DNA of 49,071 nucleotides from Patescibacteria group bacterium (lineage in GTDB: Bacteria > Patescibacteriota > Minisyncoccia > UBA6257 > Colwellbacteraceae), in the NCBI GenBank assembly GCA_023380305.1, contig JAMCQZ010000008.1:71588-120658 (forward strand), written 5' to 3'. Below the pieces are notes generated by a model, which saw only the letters and a list, made by a program, of their open reading frames with translations, was not told the origin of the DNA and made no database searches. This document shows, piece after piece, positions 47,007 to 49,071 of this stretch. Positions within the stretch are counted from its first letter, which is position 1. Each line of letters starts with the position of its first letter. The position numbers and the translations under genes were made by a program.

Positions 47007-49071
47007 ATGTCCAAAAATAAGCAGCGCAAGCAGAAAGTTTCCGAACCCCAACCCGCTAAAGCCATGCTAAGCCCCGAAGTTAAACGAAGCATCGTCGGCA
47101 TTGCTTTCTGCGGACTAGCAGCCATTCTTTTCCTCGCCGCCGGCGGCCAAGCCGGACCAGTCGGCGACTTCCTTTATCGCAACCTCTCCATCGCTTTCGG
47201 CGTCGGTTATTATTTTATTCCGACCATCTTCGCCATTTTGGGAATCAGCCTGCTCACTTCCGGAGAAAAACGGGAGTTCGGCCGGAACGCCGTTTTCGGT
47301 GCCGTTTTGTTCGTCATCGCCGGGCTCAGTCTGCTCGACATCCTCTATCCGGAGAAAGGCGGCGTCGCCGGCAACATTTTCGGAATGATCGAAGCGCCCT
47401 TCGGCAAGATCGCCGGGCTCATCATCGGCATCAGCTTGTTTTTGATCAGCGTCCTCGTCACTTTGGATATCCCTCTCAAGCTCCCCGCCTTCAAGAAAAA
47501 GCCCGCGGAAGAAACCATTAAGCCGATTTTTCCGGCGATGGCCGAGGAAAAACCGCAAATCGTCTCGCCGATGGAGGCGGTAAAACCCAACGAAAGACCA
47601 AAAGAAAAGGAAACGGAGCTCGAAGTGAAAGAACCGGAAGAGTTCGGAGAAACCAAAAGAACCGGACCCGGGAAGAAAATCAGTTTTAAAAACTACGTTC
47701 CGCCTCCGCTTTCGCTTTTGAACAGCCAAAACGAAAAACCAACTTCCGGCGATTTGCGGGCGAACGCGAACATCATCAGAAGGACGCTCGAAAGCTTTGG
47801 CATTCCGGTGGAGATGGGAGAAATCACCATCGGCCCGAAAGTAACCCGATACACCCTTAAACCGGCCGAAGGCATCAAGCTTTCAAGGATCACTGCCCTA
47901 AACCAGGACCTGGCTTTGGCCTTGGCGGCCCACCCCTTGAGAATCGAGGCGCCCATCCCCGGCAAGTCGCTGGTCGGCATCGAGGTGCCGAACAAATCCG
48001 CGGCCATTGTCCGCTTGGGAAGCTTGATGGCTTACCCGGAATTCGGAAGCTCGAGCACCCTGACTTTCAGCCTCGGACGGGAAATTTCCGGCGATCCGGT
48101 ATTTCCGAACATCGCCAAAATGCCCCACCTCCTCATTGCCGGAGCCACCGGTTCCGGAAAATCAGTTGTCATCCATAGCCTGATCGTCTCGCTGCTTTAT
48201 AAAAATTCTCCGGAAACTCTGAAATTCATCATGATTGATCCGAAACGGGTCGAGCTCACTCCCTACAACAAACTTCCCCACCTGGTGGCTCCGGTCATCA
48301 CCGAAGGCAAAAAGGCCGTAGCTAGCCTCCGCTGGGCCATTTCCGAAATGGATCGTCGCTACGACACCTTGATGCAAAGCGGCAACCGCGACATCCAAAG
48401 CTACAACGCGAGCCACAAAGAAGAGCCGATGAATTATATTGTCATTGTCATCGACGAGCTCGCCGATCTCATGGCCGCCTATGGACGGGAAATCGAAGGA
48501 TCGATCGTGAGACTCGCCCAGATGGCACGCGCCACCGGCATCCATCTGGTTGTTTCCACCCAACGGCCTTCGGTCGAGGTCATCACCGGACTCATCAAGG
48601 CGAACATCACAAGCCGCATCGCTCTGCAGGTGGCGAGCCAAGTCGATTCAAGAACAATCCTCGACATGGCCGGCGCCGAGAAGCTTTTGGGAGGCGGAGA
48701 CATGCTCTATGTTACCTCCGATCTTTCCAAGCCGAAGAGGATCCAGGGCGCCTATATCACCGAAGGCGAGATCAAAGCGGTGGCCGGTTTCATCGCCGAA
48801 AACAACGAACCGGAGATGAAAGCCGTTGTCGATGATTCGGGCTCGACTCCCGGAGAGGCAATTTTCGACATTCCCGACTCCGGAGACGCCGATGATGAGC
48901 TTTATCCCAACGCCCTGCAGGTGGTAACCGAAGCCAAAAAAGCCTCGGCCTCGCTCTTGCAGCGGCGGCTGAAAATCGGTTATGCTCGTGCTGCACGGCT
49001 CCTCGATATTATGGAAGACAAGGGCATTATCGGCCCGGGAGAAGGGGCCAAGCCCAGAGACGTTTATTTAG
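47007..49071 (+). CDS. ftsK: DNA translocase FtsK/SpoIIIE (last codons run off the window end)
   Basis: Not in the ORF track. Manual translation from the ATG at 47007 gives N-terminal TM helices, GPKVTRY, RIEAPIPGKSLVGIEVPN, MPHLLIAGATGSGKS, IDELADLM, ARATGIHLVVSTQRPS and the gamma domain ASASLLQRRLKIGYARAARL. TATAAT lies at 46991-46996. Confidence 0.96.
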   Translation, partial: MSKNKQRKQKVSEPQPAKAMLSPEVKRSIVGIAFCGLAAILFLAAGGQAGPVGDFLYRNLSIAFGVGYYFIPTIFAILGISLLTSGEKREFGRNAVFGAVLFVIAGLSLLDILYPEKGGVAGNIFGMIEAPFGKIAGLIIGISLFLISVLVTLDIPLKLPAFKKKPAEETIKPIFPAMAEEKPQIVSPMEAVKPNERPKEKETELEVKEPEEFGETKRTGPGKKISFKNYVPPPLSLLNSQNEKPTSGDLRANANIIRRTLESFGIPVEMGEITIGPKVTRYTLKPAEGIKLSRITALNQDLALALAAHPLRIEAPIPGKSLVGIEVPNKSAAIVRLGSLMAYPEFGSSSTLTFSLGREISGDPVFPNIAKMPHLLIAGATGSGKSVVIHSLIVSLLYKNSPETLKFIMIDPKRVELTPYNKLPHLVAPVITEGKKAVASLRWAISEMDRRYDTLMQSGNRDIQSYNASHKEEPMNYIVIVIDELADLMAAYGREIEGSIVRLAQMARATGIHLVVSTQRPSVEVITGLIKANITSRIALQVASQVDSRTILDMAGAEKLLGGGDMLYVTSDLSKPKRIQGAYITEGEIKAVAGFIAENNEPEMKAVVDDSGSTPGEAIFDIPDSGDADDELYPNALQVVTEAKKASASLLQRRLKIGYARAARLLDIMEDKGIIGPGEGAKPRDVYL

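Noticed and set aside
47115-48996. Minus-strand ORFs opposite ftsK
   Set aside because: They are antisense shadows of the continuous plus-strand FtsK frame.

Overview
This is a 49 kb chromosomal segment that looks like Patescibacteria/CPR (Parcubacteria-like). The assignment rests on the divergent stand-alone 16S rRNA gene, the monoderm-type type IV pilus locus, a short RF1 and CPR-style surface proteins. Most genes lie on the minus strand. In order: hisS (partial), lepB, pth, a type IV pilus cluster (PilM-PilN fusion, minor pilins, pilC, pilB, major pilin, receiver protein), an unlinked 16S rRNA, rpmE, an N-terminally truncated RF1, a pilin with an extra C-terminal domain, a gap-rpiB-rpe-tkt cluster, an MFS transporter, DUF192, a TrmH methylase, a 1634-aa PLC/S1-P1 nuclease-lamin-tail protein, trxB/glutaredoxin, a flippase, two S-layer-like proteins, a small GIY-YIG nuclease, a wHTH protein, clpB, htrA, a GT2, iscS and ftsK (partial). 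Five signals stand out. (1) The 16S 3' tail has no anti-Shine-Dalgarno sequence, and many genes have a -10 box 6-8 nt before the ATG, which suggests leaderless mRNAs. (2) An unannotated, heavily structured ~380-nt RNA candidate has its own promoter and closing hairpin (21715-22095). (3) A GIY-YIG ORF bounded by perfect 18-bp inverted repeats sits inside the structured 5' leader of the S-layer gene. (4) A wHTH gene carries a dense cluster of TGGCCA palindromes in its own coding sequence, with a second cluster in htrA. (5) DnaA-box-like 9-mers sit upstream of the -10 boxes of surface-structure promoters. All calls were made by eye; no searches or folding programs were run.
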